A stretch of 64,000 bases of DNA from Trichoplax adhaerens (Eukaryota; Animalia; Placozoa). The translations under genes and the position numbers were made by a program. The stretch is taken from positions 6,486,597-6,550,596 of the forward strand of contig NW_002060946.1 of NCBI RefSeq assembly GCF_000150275.1. The letters are read 5' to 3'. Below, in pieces: positions 37,101-52,608 of the stretch. Numbering within the stretch: position 1 is the stretch's first letter; each line of letters opens with the position of its first letter. Under the pieces are notes generated by a model. It was not told the origin of the DNA, ran no database searches, and saw only the letters and a list, made by a program, of their open reading frames with translations.

Positions 37101-40100
37101 TAGTATCGGAGGCTCCATGGCTTTTTGTTTCTAATTATTTGCAATAGAAATGATAATTGAAATAATTCATTCCATCAGTAATAAACAAATCATCACGTAG
37201 CAATAACTTACCAATGTGGAAAGTGTGCTAACCAAGTTATCAACAATAATTTGTTGAATTTGACTTAGTACTATAAGAAAATAGATCAGACATCAAATCG
37301 TTTGAGCCAAAATCAATCTAGCTATGCTTTATAATTAGTATACGACGAATAAATAATATACTGTAAGCATACCTAATTCTACGTGGCAACGTATAACGGT
37401 AACTTGTTCACCAATTCTTTCGTCCTAATCATGATATTTTTTAGAATCAAATCTCCATATGTATTGTCGTGAAAGCAGAATGAAGCCTAGAAAATACTAT
37501 TCTCAGATATACTACTTCTGCAAATATACTCGTACCTTGCTAAACTGAACCGGTTGAATATCTCGAAGTGATTGTGCAGCAGAGTAAAAGTCTATAAAAA
37601 AATCGATAGATTACTACATCGAGAATATCTTTAGATAGTTAAATCATGCAATGAATAAATATTAGATGCTACATACCTTGATCATTTAAGTAACCACTTA
37701 AGCTATCTTTAAATTTTATGACGAATTGATAGCTTTTCAATAGCTGTTATGGAGCAATGAAATAAAAAAAGACTAAACATGAGATGAACTGGTGCTGTAC
37801 AATATGTAATAGTAATCTGTTATGCATCTAGTATAAACCTCGTCTACGGCAGGATGTTCAGAAAGTAAGGGAGAAATTTGCCTATTGAAGTAGTTATATG
37901 TTCAGAATTAAATCAATTACCTTACTAATAACAAACTACAGTAATATGACAAAATTAAAACAACATACCGTGTTGGTACAGAAGTAATACCACTATAAGT
38001 TTTGTTATCCAAGTTCAAATTAGTGGAAACGTTGTAATCAATTTCAGTATATTGTGGAACGTAATGTTCATAGGAAGGTAATTTATACTCAGGTAGATTA
38101 AATTCGCCAATAGAAAATGTCTCCAGTGGCTTGCCTGTTGTGCTATCCTCTGTGCCTGATGCTCTACTAGGCAGGCTACCTTGGCCAGCTGAGGAATCAA
38201 ATGCAACTGCTGTAACTGGTTTACCTGCAGATGCAACCCTATTTTTCTGAACACTGGATGGACGTCCTGGATCATTCTTACGCAATTTATCCGCAGCACC
38301 ATCATAAGGCATATTCGACCTATCTAAGATACCGCCATAAGGTGTTTCAAGAGGTAAACCTGTTGTTGGATCGACTAAAATTTGATTCATTCGATTATTC
38401 GTCCCGTAACGTCCTGGACTATCGGCAGTTGCAGCTCTGCGGTGCTCTTGAGGCGATCGACGACTATTGCTATCAAAACGCCGATGAGAACTGCTAGAAC
38501 TTGGCTTACGAGGAGAACGTTGTAGAGGAGGTAATTCTCGTGATAACTGAGCAACATCAATATTGCGAGGATAATCATCAGGAAAAACATCAGTCGACGC
38601 TTGTCCTTGATTACTTGCTTGAGCATGAGCATATTTATTAGACATACCCTCAATATATCGTGCAAACTGTAAGTTAACATCACGGAGGGCAACATTTTGT
38701 TTGGCTTGCTGCGAATTGGTTGCCTGTCCCAACGCGCTTGCATTACCTCCAACTGATTGATTTAATTCAAATGCACGAATGCGTCCAATGTTTTCGAGCA
38801 ATTTCGAATTATCTCCTGTTAAAGTCATATTATTTATTTGATTTATTTTATCAGGATCATTACTTTGACTGGGAGCAGCAAGTTGAGTCCGTGCATCGCC
38901 AATGATTCCTCTATCTGCCATAGTTAATTGACCAAATCTATTACTAATTTTCATAGCGTGATTGGGTAAATCACTAGTATGAATGACTTGGCTATTCTGC
39001 GTTTGCGATGTATTTTTTTGCGCTTCCGCTTGCTGTGGAATACTAGGAGGTCGACTTTGCAAAACTGATGAATTCTGAGCTAAAATTTGCACTGCCACTT
39101 CTACTGGAATGCTTGTCATTTGAGAAACTAATTTTACTGCAGTTTCATTTGGAACATTCGATGGAATTTGTCGTAATGCTTCACGTAAAATCTGACTAGC
39201 AGTTAATTGCACATCAGCAGGGATCGATTCAATATCTTTTGCTGAATAAGTAGAGTACTTTGCAACAGTATCGTCCTGAAGTTCTCCGCTTGGTTTTGGA
39301 AACTGAAAGTACTCTAAAGCTTGCTTAGTCATACTATTTGCATTTCCATTCCCTGCTGTCTGGAAATTAGTTGCGTTTATCCCCGGAACAAATGTACTCA
39401 TAGAAGCAATTGGCTGTATACCAGCCATTTGTGTTGCAAATCCTACATCAATGCAAACACGTTAAGCGTTAGCTATAATGAGATAAACCGTGGATGTGAT
39501 CAAGATATCCTAGTAATAAGTCATAACCTGTTTGGTTTGATATAATAGCTTCAGTCGCTTTTTCTTGCTGAAGAGCAACTAAACTCTCTACTTTAGGGAA
39601 TTCACCAGCGCCTTTAACTGTAACTTCCTGCTTACCTACCAGTGGACTCCTTGCACTACCTGGAGGAATAGATGGCAAATCACTAGCTGTAGCGTTACTT
39701 CCAGCACTGCGATGAGGAGTTGCTCTGGAGCTGTGCTCTGGACTTAGAATACTACTTCCTTGATTGATGATATCATCGATATTCGTGCTTCCTGGATTAT
39801 TTTCATACAGCATATCAGAGACAGTAGCTCTCTAAAAATGAGTATAAAATCATAGCGTAAAATAATTATAAAAGCGCTATATTTTTATAAAGTTGGTTAG
39901 AAAGTAGCCGGTTAGCGGCTGAAATACTAACCCATTTCTCTCTTAATTGTAAGCGTTCCTCCTAAATGAAGAAATACATCGAGTTATTACGAAAGTTCAA
40001 CTTTTACACATGTCTAAGGCTTTTTTAGATCACAGAATAGGAATTGATATTCACTATGGTACAAAACTACGATTGCTTGGTAGTCTATGAGCTAAAGCCA

Positions 40101-43100
40101 ATTGACAGTAGCGTACCCCTTAAATATCATTTTAAAAAGGAGTTAACTACTCGTATATTAGCCAATCATAAACAGTGTAAAAAGAAGATCTTAAGACTAT
40201 ATCAACATTAATATATTTTGAGGGTAAAGATTCTGAGCATACCAGTTTCTGGACCTCATTTCCGGCCTACATAAAAGTGTAAATTAGAACAAATTGGTTC
40301 ATGTTAAGAGACTACTCTACTGGTGTTATATATTCTACTTCGAACAATATTTAAATAATATTTTTTTTACTTTATTACTATGTCTGATCAATTTGTAAGC
40401 TCTAAAAGCAATATATAACATAATTTACGCTCTAAATTTACCAGTTGATCTGCTTTGGATAACATCTCCACGCTCTTTTTCAATTTTTCTTCTAAATCAT
40501 GCTTTTCCTTTATCGATGTATATGTCAATTAGATTTAAATGCAATTAGCAACGTATTCAATCACGCTTCTAGTAAAGATGAAATTAAAGAAATATAACGG
40601 TATCACTGCCAGGTAAATGTAGTCTCTCAATGACTAATAGATGAATGTAATCGATAGCTTAAAGTATTGCAAATAGGTGAAATAAAACGTAAAAGCCATC
40701 AAATAAACAGACTTTGATATAATCCTATAAATTCTGGGTATGTCTATTCCATTAACTTTTCGAAAGTCCAATATTTTAAGATTTCCCAATTTGAGATCTT
40801 TAGCCCCTTATAACTACGGCTTTCAATAAATAGCGGTATTTAATTCTTACCTTGCCATATTTAGTTCTATCATTGAGATTTTGCGCTTTTAGGGCTACAA
40901 TTTGTTTCTGATACTAAAATATCATAAAAGATTAAGTGGTAATATTATTTACTTTTTAGTAATGCTGCATAAAACTCGTTAGACACCTGCTGCATGATTT
41001 AGAAACCTAGTTTACTGATTATAATTTAGAAAATATTAAATAGATAGATAAATTCACCGAACTTTGGCGATCATCTTGAACTCAATTGTAACCATCTATG
41101 TCGCATAAACAACTTTACCCTTTGTTTCATTGCTTCCATTTTTTTTAGCGCATCTTTCCTCTTCGATACCGACTAAGATAAAAAGCAAGGAATTAGTTTT
41201 AGTTATAGTTAACAGAAAGCAGGAAACTGATTAATTGTAAGAGCTAAATGGAGAATCTGCCAATACCATAGTGCGATATTCTTTAAATTTCTCGGGTAAT
41301 TCTTCAGGATTAATATCATCCTTTGAAGAAAAAGATCATAGATTCAATTAGCTTAGCACTTTACGATGGGTATGCAGTTAATATCTATAATTAATTATCA
41401 GTATCATAGCGACTCTTACCCACTCGGCTTCTTCTTCATCGATTTCCGATACTAAATCTAAGTCACTTTCTGAAGTAGCCCGCCGAAAGAAATTTGATCG
41501 AGGTTGGCTTGGTGTTGGCGAGGTATTAGGCGACGAAGAATTAGAAGATGAATTTTGACTTTTGCTATTATTGCGTCGATTCTTTTTACTTTTCTTGCCC
41601 TTTAAAGATCCATCAGGACCTTTACCGCCTTTTTTCTTGCTTTTATCCTTATTTTGCAACAAATCACTCAATATCGATTCCAACTGAGACTGACGTCGAT
41701 TAATTTGCGGCAATTCCTTTGCCTCAACACTTTTCTCTTCTGAAACATTCTTCTTATCGCCAGTGTCACCAACTTGGGCTTGCTCTTGTTGGCCAGTTTC
41801 TTTTCACCAAGTAAAATTCAAGCATAAATAAATTAATTCTTCTGTTTATTGTATTGAATACGTCTCTATCCAGTGGATAGCAGGTATAGGCAACATTAAT
41901 GATAAACTATAATGAAGTCTAGCAAAATGAATTGATGAGCAAACCGTAGACTAGAAGCATACCGACAATCTTCTGAAAGTGCGATTGACAATTACATCTT
42001 ACCTTCCTTTCCTTTAGATTCTTTATTACCAATTCCTTTCAATTTATGAGCTAATTCGACCACAGATCCAGTATCTGCTTGTGAACCTCTACTCTTGGGA
42101 TCAATATTTGTATCGATAACAATACCAGTAGCTAAACTACTCCGGCGTGAATCTGCAACGCTGCCGCTGCCTCCATCTCCATCTTTAATTTTCTGTAGCA
42201 ATTAAAATAATGCACATGTTAATCATAGTACAAAACCAGCAATCTATCCATATAGAAATTCGTTTCACTACTCGGGTAGTGTCTATCAGTTACCAGCTGA
42301 ATATGTATTACTAGCTTATACAGTATTCATATGACATCACTAAAATAAGTGATCAGGTATAGCATTTCTAAATTTTTTGCTTACAGTATAATTGCTAGAT
42401 TCATAAAAAGAGCAAATTTTTCGCAAGTACATCACATGGTATTGGAAAATAGGTATTGGTCCTTGATGTATTTGCTTACCTTAACTGTAGACTTTGTGAT
42501 TTTCGCCATTGATTTCGTTCGTGATAATTTTCTGGATCTAGTAGTAGAAGAAGCGGCAGAATTCTTACGGTTAAATGACGATTTACGACGACGATGGGAG
42601 CTAGGCTCGGGAGAGAGTCTATTTGGATCATTCATTGACGGACTTTCACTGCGGGCATCCATTTCAGGCGATGGAGTTATCCATCGCCTTGTGCGCTCAG
42701 GTTCACTATCCTTTCTGGGTGTGCTATGCTTCTCCGGGCTTGGAGCTTGAGTCTAGTTTTCGATCGATATAGAAAACTTTAGAACCTATTCACAAGCTAA
42801 TATAGCTTCTATCATCGTAATAAGTCGTCATTCCGTCATCAAGCACCTATCATAAACTTACAGCGATACTCTCGTGCAACTTTTTTGAATGTTCATCTTG
42901 CACCTTTTTCAGCTCCTGCGAATACTCCTTTTTTAATTCTTCAATAGTGCGTTGATGCTTTGTTTCTAGATCTAGTAGTCACCAAACAAGTATGCAAGTT
43001 TTATTTATAATTGTTAATAATTACGGCTAGTAATTTAATTAACCGCTATAGTTAATAGGACTATTAACGGCTTTAACTAGATCCTAGACCATTTACGATG

Positions 43101-45356
43101 CTTTGGTACAGATTTAATAATCATGATTAAGCTAGTTAGATAATATAAGTAGTTAATTCTATCTTTACCTTTCTTAGTTTTCTCCTTAACTTCATCTATT
43201 AAGATTTGCCGATCTCTAATCGTTGTTTGGCGATCTTGATTTGGAGAAGTCATTTGCGTACTGATACCATCCATTGATGCTTGACTTGATAATCTCACTT
43301 TTAATCTTCTCTTTTCAAGGAATTTTTCCGCTGCTTCTTCAGCTTTACTCGCAGCCTTCATATCCTCAATTTGCTATTAAACGAATTAAGAAATCAGTAC
43401 CATATTTCTAACATAGATGCACTATGGAGGATTGAGATTAAAGCAGACTAAGAATGCTATAATATCTACCTGTCGGGCTTTCTGTAGCGCCATAGTTTTA
43501 ACCTCATTTTGCTCTCGAAGATCATCCACCGCAGTTGCATCTCTCTAATAATATATCATAAGTATAGTTGTATATTAATTAAAAGATTAAGCCAGATCTT
43601 TTCAAAATTATATCTTCTCCATTTCTTCAATTAATCATTAATGAAATTAAATTACCTTTAATGTGTCATTCATTATAGTCAATCTATGGCGGAAATTGTA
43701 TATCATGTTATTCATATCTTAATCATCCTTACTTTTGATAAAATTATTCAAAATTGATACCGTAAAAAATCAATACGTCTACCGTACTTTTTAATTTCCT
43801 TATCTTTAGCATCAGTTACTAATGTTAATTCCTTAATTTTCTTTTCTTTCTCTTGGACTTCTATACTCAATTAAGTGATCATGCAAATTGTATTTAGTGA
43901 ATAAGTGCGTATAATGATATCATATTGTCTTTGATTAATTAATTAACTAAATTATTATCATGAGATATTACTTATTTGCGTATCGTCGAGTCTTGTTGTT
44001 AAACTAATAAGATCATCACGAGTTTGGGCTAAAGATTTCTCTAGCTTTTTCTTACTCCTATAAGTTTACATACAAGATCAGATTAAATGAAATTATAGCT
44101 TTTTTAAGGCTTGCAAGTATTGCAATTATAATTAGAGTCTAAATATTTATTCCAAAAAGGTAAGACAAAAGTTGCAGATTACCTTTTCGATTCTTTGGTA
44201 TTTTGTATCGCCAAATGATTGATCATATCATGGTTAATGGTTAATAGTCTCTCAGCAGCTGCATTAGCTGAAGTTAAAGCATCTGCAATACGTGTGGAAA
44301 CTTCCTCTAAATCTATATCAGGACGAGGAGAATCTTGGCCATCCTGTAATATCGGTATTGTCGAGTGTTCTTGAAAAAACTAGTCATCGAGATAAAAATA
44401 TATGATGTTATCACATATGACTACTTTACAATTGATTGCACTGCTTATGATTTTACTTAATGCTCAAGCTAAGAATAATAAGATACTGCTGAAATAATAT
44501 TAAATCTAACCTATAACTTCTACTTAGATAAGCAATATAAGCATTTCTACGTAATCGCATATTGAAAATATAATAGTCACCATCACATTTCGATATTAGA
44601 ATTAACATCTACATACCTCGTTGATTTGATGAAGTAACTGTAAAATTAATTAAAAGGAACTAAAGTTAGTAAATTTCAGTATAGACGAGTAAAATTATCA
44701 TTACTGAAGAAATGAATCCATGTTATGAAGTTACTGATTTCATTAAAATCTGTTTAGCTGACAGGATTACCATTTAAAATGTCGCCTATTCTAAAGAAGT
44801 CACGTTACCTTAATACGATCATCGCATGCCCTCTCAAAGCCGACAACAAATACTGTAACTTGCTGCTGATAACGTTTCTTTTTGACCGAATCCGATAGTA
44901 AAATAAGTAATTCTTCAGGATCTTTCACAAACTCCATATTATTGTTATTAGAATCTTTGAGTATTCTATTATTTTCAGCATTCTCGATTTCATACGATGC
45001 TAAAGTCTATAGTTGGATTACATCCAGACACATTTGATCAAAACTAGCTCAAGTAACATTAACCTTCGTAATATAAATCTGTTGAGTAGCAATATTGCGA
45101 TTAGGAAAGACGAACAAACTATGATAAATATAGTATTATTGTATTGAGGGGCGCTAAAATTATTTACCGAATTTATCCTCTGAGTAATTCTTGTTAGCTC
45201 TTCTTTTGTCTCTTCCACTTTTCGCAGTGTCCGAGCTTTGGCCACGGTTGCCAAAACATTTTGAGAATGGCCATCCGCTCGTGCTTGGTACTTATTTTTC
45301 GTAGAATTGCCTTCTCGTAAAGTAGAAGTAAATCCTGACGACAGTAAATCAATCAT
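34125..45356 (-). CDS. FAM186A/B-like large coiled-coil protein, ~34 exons (largest ~37969-39443); 5' exon(s) may lie further upstream
   Basis: Chain of phase-compatible GT-AG exons. It has an N-terminal helical/coiled-coil region and a low-complexity S/Q/P middle. The C-terminal block DAERNAKSLKRALNIGSLSENAYKESMKGMDNYTSLPGKLLACLVNKYTHHCQMKNLE..LFLLSKMEKFQSKRASKWSEKIEIMTSQRLQLAELLTSTFDSIEQNNSIFLIKP resembles, from memory, the FAM186A/B C-terminal domain. Confidence 0.75.
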
Positions 45357-46038
45357 CTAGAAGAAGTGATATTATCGTAAAATTAATCGTTCGAAGATAT
45401 GCTGCATCTAGAAATTCTGAAAATCTGTATTGCTAAAGATGTTATATCTCATATAAAATTTAGCATTTGGTTTTATTTAAAGTTTTAAAAATGTAATTCT
45501 GACTTTACATTTTTGCTGTTATTACTTTGACATTAAATATGATCTTGAAAGTAATCTTAATCTTTAGAGCACATTTCGTAGTTACCTTTTCGTATGCTCG
45601 AAAATTAATATATAGCATTACTTATACGCTAGTAGAAATATTACCGCATTTTTTGTAAGATAGATTGGAAGCTGATTACGAATTATTAGTATAATCATTC
45701 TTCATATCTTCTTTTATCTTCAAAAACAGTAGTGTCGATAGTAGATCTTATAGGACTTACAAGTATAATCAAGTACTAATTAATATCTTGAAAGAATAAA
45801 TAGTAGATGAAAGAAGATGCAAGTAAGACTAGATAAAGCTTTCAGTTTTCAAGGACACAGCACATACGGTGAAGATTTATTTCAAACAAGATTGGCGAGA
45901 TTGGCTAACGAACAAGTAAATATTCTAATTTCATCAGTGATAAGTAAATTTGTATGCAACTTTATATAACCACCAATAGAGAATAATAATGGTGAATAGA
46001 TCAAAGTTTGATAATCTAATCTGAATTAAGCACATTCG

Positions 46039-46057
46039 TATATATATATATATATAT
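46039..46057. repeat. (TA)n microsatellite
   Basis: tatatatatatatatatat. Confidence 0.9.
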
Positions 46058-46620
46058 TTGATGCTTAATTGATAAAAATTGAATCTATTCTAACTATATA
46101 ATGCAAGCAAGAGATCGAAATCTAATCTTATAGTGAATCGTTTTAAAGTTACTTACTTTGAAAATCTTTAAAATTTGTCAACATTTGATGATTGCAAAGC
46201 TAATATAAATTAATAAATATTTTATAGTTCAATCTTGTGAGACGGGTTTTCGCGATTTCTTTGATAAGTGTCATAAACTATGACTATAACCACTTCTAAA
46301 ATGATCTATAGCTTGCTTCAACAGTGAAAAATTAATTTTGAACTACTAAAATGACAGATTATTGGTTGCATCGAATATTCTAAATTTCAATTATTGAGAT
46401 TCGTGCGAAGGCTTATTCCACAGTAATAATTAATGTATCGAATAATTCTAGCAATATACAGTATCAAGTATCATGCCCATAGACGACCAATGTGTGGACT
46501 ATCCACATACTATATCTATCCGTATAATCCCATAATATTAAAGTTCGCACTTCCCACGTTAATTATTTCTACTATATCAAGTAACGTCAGCATTTTCAAC
46601 AATGGCCTAAATGCTTGTTT

Positions 46621-46633
46621 GTTGCTAAGCAAC
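46621..46633. promoter_or_regulatory. RFX X-box
   Basis: Palindromic GTTGCTAAGCAAC in the divergent FAM186-like/TMEM232 intergenic region. Confidence 0.6.
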
Positions 46634-47104
46634 CATCAATGATATTACAGTAACTGTCTATGAACACCCGCTTTCTGTAGTCTTCTGGTATAGAAGAACC
46701 AAACAGCAGTGGCATGGCTTTAATATTGCAACCTGTACAGTAGTTTAGCTCATACAGTAAATTATAGATTGACTACACAAGGTTATACTGTTGCAACGTT
46801 GATTGGAAGTGTATTCCACAACACAGTATCACGCCTAATTTGCAGGTATAGTCGAATAATAGAATCAGCATCCTATCTATAATGAGTACAGTTATACGTT
46901 CATGTAGTCGCAGGAGATTGTATAGTGCCACCTTATGTTTATGCAAGTAGGCCTAAGCAGGATGGGAAATCAGAATAGTTGATAATCAACTTGATATACT
47001 GAATGTATTGAGTTTATAGTACAGGACAGAGTAATTGCACGTAAATGCTTACGGTATGAACAAAATCTGCCGCTTGGGTCACTATACTATCTTGCTTGGT
47101 ACTG

Positions 47105-47117
47105 GTTGCCTAGATAC
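47105..47117. promoter_or_regulatory. RFX X-box
   Basis: GTTGCCTAGATAC fits the GTNRCC(N0-3)RGYAAC-type consensus loosely; upstream of TMEM232. Confidence 0.5.
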
Positions 47118-47812
47118 TCCTTCACTTGTAAATTGTGAGGATCTTGTACTCGATCTTGACTTATTTAAGATAAACCCTGCATAGAGTACAGGAAATTTAG
47201 TTACGACATATTGACTATCGATATTACGTTAAATGATTCCGGGATATAAGGCAAATCTATAAACTATAGGACGACCTGACATCATCTAGTGATCAATTGA
47301 TCGATATAAACTTATTTGAACAACTTCTCATTGCACTAATTTGAATTGTTGACGTCGTAACAGCTAATTTTATGCAATAATATCGTAGCTGATCATCCGT
47401 CTCTGTTAAAAGAAACAAGCCTTCGAAGTAACTGGTACGTAGATTAATATTCGAAAACGTTTAAGATTTCGTTACTATATCCTAAAATTTTAGAGAGGGC
47501 TATTTCACATATTATTATTGGTTTTCGATATCATCAGATTTCGGTTTATTTCGTTGTATAAATGATTGGTAGCAATACTTATAATCTGTGATTAAAGAGT
47601 TTAGAATTATTACCGTACAGTGGATCTTCTGCCGAGGATAGGTTTAACAACTGATACACAACATAGACTGCAACGCCACCACTTTACGATTTTACAAATA
47701 CTAAGAATGACATATGGCCATAGTTAGTACTGATGTAGGATAGATCTTGCCACAAATTAACCTGAAAACTCCTGCCATAGTAAACTTTGGATCCCGAATA
47801 ATTCCTTACAGG

Positions 47813-50800
47813 ATGCCAATTCATAAGGTAAAACTTTACGATTCTGAAGAATCACATCAACTCTGACTGGAAATTATTGATGGTGTAAAACTTTTTTTTG
47901 ATGGCTAGCGCGTTTTTTCATAGTCAAATAATTATTTGTTTTGCTTTGATATTCGGTGATTCTAACATGATTTCCTTTGGCCCTTACATATAAAAGCATT
48001 ACTCATCTTATAAATATCCTAAATACTTATGTCATCTTTAAATTTTTAAAGCTGTATTGATAAATTGCGCTCATTTAATCATAGATACCCATCGTACACA
48101 AATTTGGGATTGTTTCACTCAGTCATCGTGAGGAATTACAAGAGCGAATAAACAAAAGATATCTTGAGATCCCTACTAAACCGCTGCCGAAATCTCCAAA
48201 GTAATGTCATGTTGTTATCAATTGTATTAGATCTTAACAAGATTTTCACTCTTAAATAAGTAATTTGAGTACCTTAAAATGTTATTATTGAAATACTTCT
48301 ACAGATCAATGTAGTTAAGCGGGCTGTAGCTGACTGCAACAGAAATATGCAAATTACATCATAAAGATTCTAGTAGCTTAGAAATAAATTTCTGTTCCAT
48401 GTAATAAGAACTTTATGTATTAAAACAAATCTTCTTATTGATCCATTTACAGGAAGTTTGACTATGATGTTGAAGAAGACTTCATTTCAAAGGTATTTTA
48501 AGAACTATTATGGATGAAAATATATCTACGAAACTTTCTCAGATTACAAAAGAAATCTAATCTTAATTTTTCACATAAATAGTTTAATAGCTCTATCGGC
48601 ACACCACAACATAAAAATTATGAAGAATCTGCTGACAAAGCTCTGCAAAGACTAATAGTGAGTATATTTAAGAATATCTTAGCCATGCAAATAGATGTAT
48701 GTAAATATTAAGCTCTAACATCAATATCATACGTAATATGATTCTACAGCGTCGAGCAGGTATTAAGAGTGGAGGTATGGGACAGCACATTAATCTGCCA
48801 AGGGCATGGTGTGAATTATCTATGCTAGCACAGTGCCAAGGTAGAGTTCGAGAAGGTAAGATAATGACTTAATCATTTAATCCCCTCTGCATGTTCTACT
48901 GAAACCCTTTATAGCCTACTATGCAACTAAAAACTACCACTCGTATTTGCAGATAGCCTTGAAATACTTATTACTTCATTAGATCAAGCTCCTCTCAATG
49001 AAGATCATTTATCTAGGTATGGAAGCGACACTATAGTCTACGAATATAGTCATCTCTGCTACAATATCATCCAATTTTAACTATTTCTGTACTTTGGCAC
49101 AATTAGCCTCTTTTATTTGGCAGAAGTATCAATATATTGGCTTAAAAAATCGGCGGTATCTAAACCGCTTTTACGAAGTGCCGAAATTAAACTCATGAAG
49201 GTAATATATCGTAGACATATTTCGAGCTACTTTATATATCATCTATCTCATTGGAGCATACTCCATATTTATGTTGCGTAGTAATTAGGCCTTAAATCAA
49301 CGGTTTATTTTATTACAGTTGGCTAGCTCCGTTTTCTTGAGAATTTTCTGCTACTATTGCTTGAAGGTGAGCTGCTTTTTAACTACCACGACTTTCTTGT
49401 AACTACTTTAGTAGAATAGTTTCACGGTAAAATTTGATATTCATAAGATATTGATCCATTCTATTCTAGAACAAATGCTGGCAGCTACTCATCTTTACTA
49501 TCTGTACTATATCAAAATTAAAAATCCACTGACTTTAATATTCTAAATAGGTCGACTTGTCAGCTTACGCCAAGGATTTATCAAAGTACGCTCAAGGTAA
49601 TGCTTCTTTTAGCTAAAGAATGCCGCCTAAATTATTATATAAATATTAAAGATTGCTGTACCTTATATCTGATAGGATTTGAAGTATGTCAGGAAGCATA
49701 CAGAGCATTTCCTGGATCCCGAATGCTATTAAAGTTTATTGCAGATATCGTAAGTTATGATCACATGCTATCTTTAATATACTGACAAACTTCCTATTAA
49801 TTTAAGAATGCATCTACAGATGACCTTGTTTGTGTTTATCTTTGATATACGCGTATATTTTTTATCTAGAGTAAGGCACTAATTTCAACATATAATCATA
49901 AAATTGAAGAGCAAGCATCTAGTAGTAACGACATAATGAATAGAGAATCATTCATGGCTGCAATGCACAACGTTTCTCCAACATTATGGCACTCTATAGA
50001 TGTGTGGCGGTGTATCACTCATCTCAGTGGTGGCAAGAAGAAAGCATTAAAAGCCCTACAAGTGTGTGCGACTTGCATCGCTACTGAGCCTTGGTAAGTA
50101 AAATAAATTATCAGTATGAATATTTAGCTCAAATTTTCTACACAGACAGCAATCGATGAATATTCGCATTCCCGAAAGCACTCCGTTACACTTTTTTATA
50201 ACCTATATTTTTCTTTCAGGGTTGATATTGTGCTTGCACTACAAATAATTGGAGATGCTTGCCAAACAGATATTGACGTTCTGAAAGTATTGCATGATAT
50301 TGCTATTGGGAATATACCTGAAGATTATATTCCGGTTGATGAGGCTCTACCCTATATACCGCGACAGTATGATAACTTAGGGTCCTCCGATAGGGCAACC
50401 GGACAATATTCGCATCATTTATCCGATACGTTTGCCGAAGGGGTCGTTAGCTCCGACTCATTTACATCACTAGATAAAATGTTTACACCTACTACAGCTG
50501 CCGGTAAGCTCTCATTCTTTATTTGCTAGCGATAATGCTACAAATCTCTAGAGCAATCTCGCTGCTAATCAATTATAGGACAAATACGAAATTTTAGCAC
50601 TCAAATTAATATACTAACATCAATATCATTGATTCAATACTATACTTAATAATCATTATTTCTAACATTAAATTAGGTTCTCAAGATGATACTAATAATA
50701 ATCGACAAGGCAGATTACATTCGAGTGGATCCAGTCAAACTCAATCACATACAAATGAAAGTAGATCCGGAAATAGATCTCCTACCAGTTACAGCCATAC

Positions 50801-52608
50801 AACAAAGACTACGGAAGTTTGCGATGATTTTAATGTTTTAAATCAGTATGGAATTAAAGGGTGGCCATGGGAATTAGGCTATGTCTACGCTGAAACACTA
50901 ACATCAATATGTTTATACGGTAAAACATCCGATATTCAGCAACTGGCATTATATGGTAATAGAGATGAATTTAAGAGAGGATCAAAGATTACTGGAAGTT
51001 ATGGGCTACTAGACTTGCTCACTTTTGAATATATAGATGATACACAAGAAGCAGCTGAAGGTTTGAATGTGTACTATACTACTACTTGACAACTTTAACT
51101 TTATAATCAAAATTCTAATCAAGTTTTATATAATACAGCTATAAATTAGCGTAAGATTACTGCTAGTCTTAAATACAGGCAATAGTCAACTTGCCTTAGA
51201 GATGAATATACTAGCAAATATACGATTGACAGTGATCGATTAATTATATAATAGGAAGATCACCATTTTTTCATCTGCATTTTAATAATTCAGCGAGAGA
51301 TCGGAGTTGGCGTATTCGTGCTGCTGCAGTTCATGGATTACTCAAAGTCTGCCAATACTTTCATCATGATCCAAGTCGTGAAGGTTTCTACAATGTAGCT
51401 TGGGCTGCGTTAAATGAACATAAATTAAAGGAAATAGATATTCGTGTACTAGAGGCATATAAAGTTGGCCAGGTATCGAATTGCATTTATGACGCACTAA
51501 ATTTAACCTATCTTCCTCTAAATTTTTTCTCATTCTAAAATTTTATTCAATCTGGCCTAGTTTGATGCAGACGCGGATAAAAAGCGTTTAAGTATCGTCC
51601 CTTTATATGTTTCTAACGCTCTTGTGAAACATGTGGCTTTCCTATTTAGCAAGACTTTTTTACACCAGTTACCGCCTCCTGTCAAATTAAAGTAATCACT
51701 TTTCATTCTCACTAATTAATAAAAATAGCATACCTACTTGATATTTAAAATTGTCGATTCCAAGATTTTAAAAATTATTCTTGTTCGATCAGTCCTCAGA
51801 AACCTAAAAAGCGAAGTCGGATATATAATAAAGTGCCGAAACGAAACAATATTGCCAAATCAGATTCAAATCGGTTAACCCTTAGGTATGAAGTAGTCAT
51901 AATAACTAACTACTATTTGACAAATCGAAACGTACAAAATAAAAATTTTATGTATTATTATTACAAGAATACATTACTATTTTATTTTAACGATGTCTTC
52001 TTTGCAATTTTTTTCATTCGTTACATAGAGAGCATTTACTTATATCATCGGCATTGTATAAACCACCTATGGACTTTAAAACTAGAGCAAATATTAATTT
52101 TAATCAAGTTATTGAAAGGCAATGGCGTAAAGAGTTACACGCCCAATTAGATGAAGACACAGTTGAATGGCAAGTCCTAGAAAATCAAAAGAAATTAGAT
52201 GAATCTAAGATTGGTAAGGATTATAAGGAGAAGACATTTCCCCCTGATAGCGATTGCGACCCAAATACTGACGATGCTGCTATAATCTCAGAGTCTAAAG
52301 AGAAATCCACATTATCTACACCTGGAAACGTAAAAATCATTCGAGATTATAAAAAGAAAGATTTAGAACTACTTCATAATCTTAAAACTAATTTAGACAT
52401 TAATGACAATCAAATAGTTGATCTCAATCGTAAACACGGTAACAAATTACAGCATGATCAATTAATCAAAGTAAAACTAGATACATCTGTATATGCTGAT
52501 GCATTATCAGTTAATACAAAATCGAATGATGTTAAAAAATTAAGAGAAGTTAGTGCTACACTACCAGTTCTTCCGGAAATTAAATCATGGACAGCCTCAA
52601 CGAAATAA
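47813..52608 (+). CDS. TMEM232: Transmembrane protein 232 homolog, ~17 exons
   Basis: Spliced translation MPIHK-IPIVHKFGIVS..; RRAGIKSGGMGQHINLPRAWCELSMLAQCQGRVREDSLEILITSLDQA; LFYLAE; AEIKLMK; SPTLWHSIDVW; WVDIVLALQIIGDA; WPWELGYVYAETLTSICLYG; DFKTRANINFNQVIERQWRKEL parallels vertebrate TMEM232. Confidence 0.88.

Noticed and set aside
42349-42750. Plus-strand ORFs overlapping coding exons (e.g. 42349-42750, 38231-38497, 24611-24871, 23370-23597)
   Set aside because: They are antisense shadows of real minus-strand coding sequence.
46560-47900. Minus-strand exon-like open frames upstream of the FAM186-like gene
   Set aside because: They could not be chained into a consistent ORF and overlap the TMEM232 start/promoter; UTR or chance is more likely.
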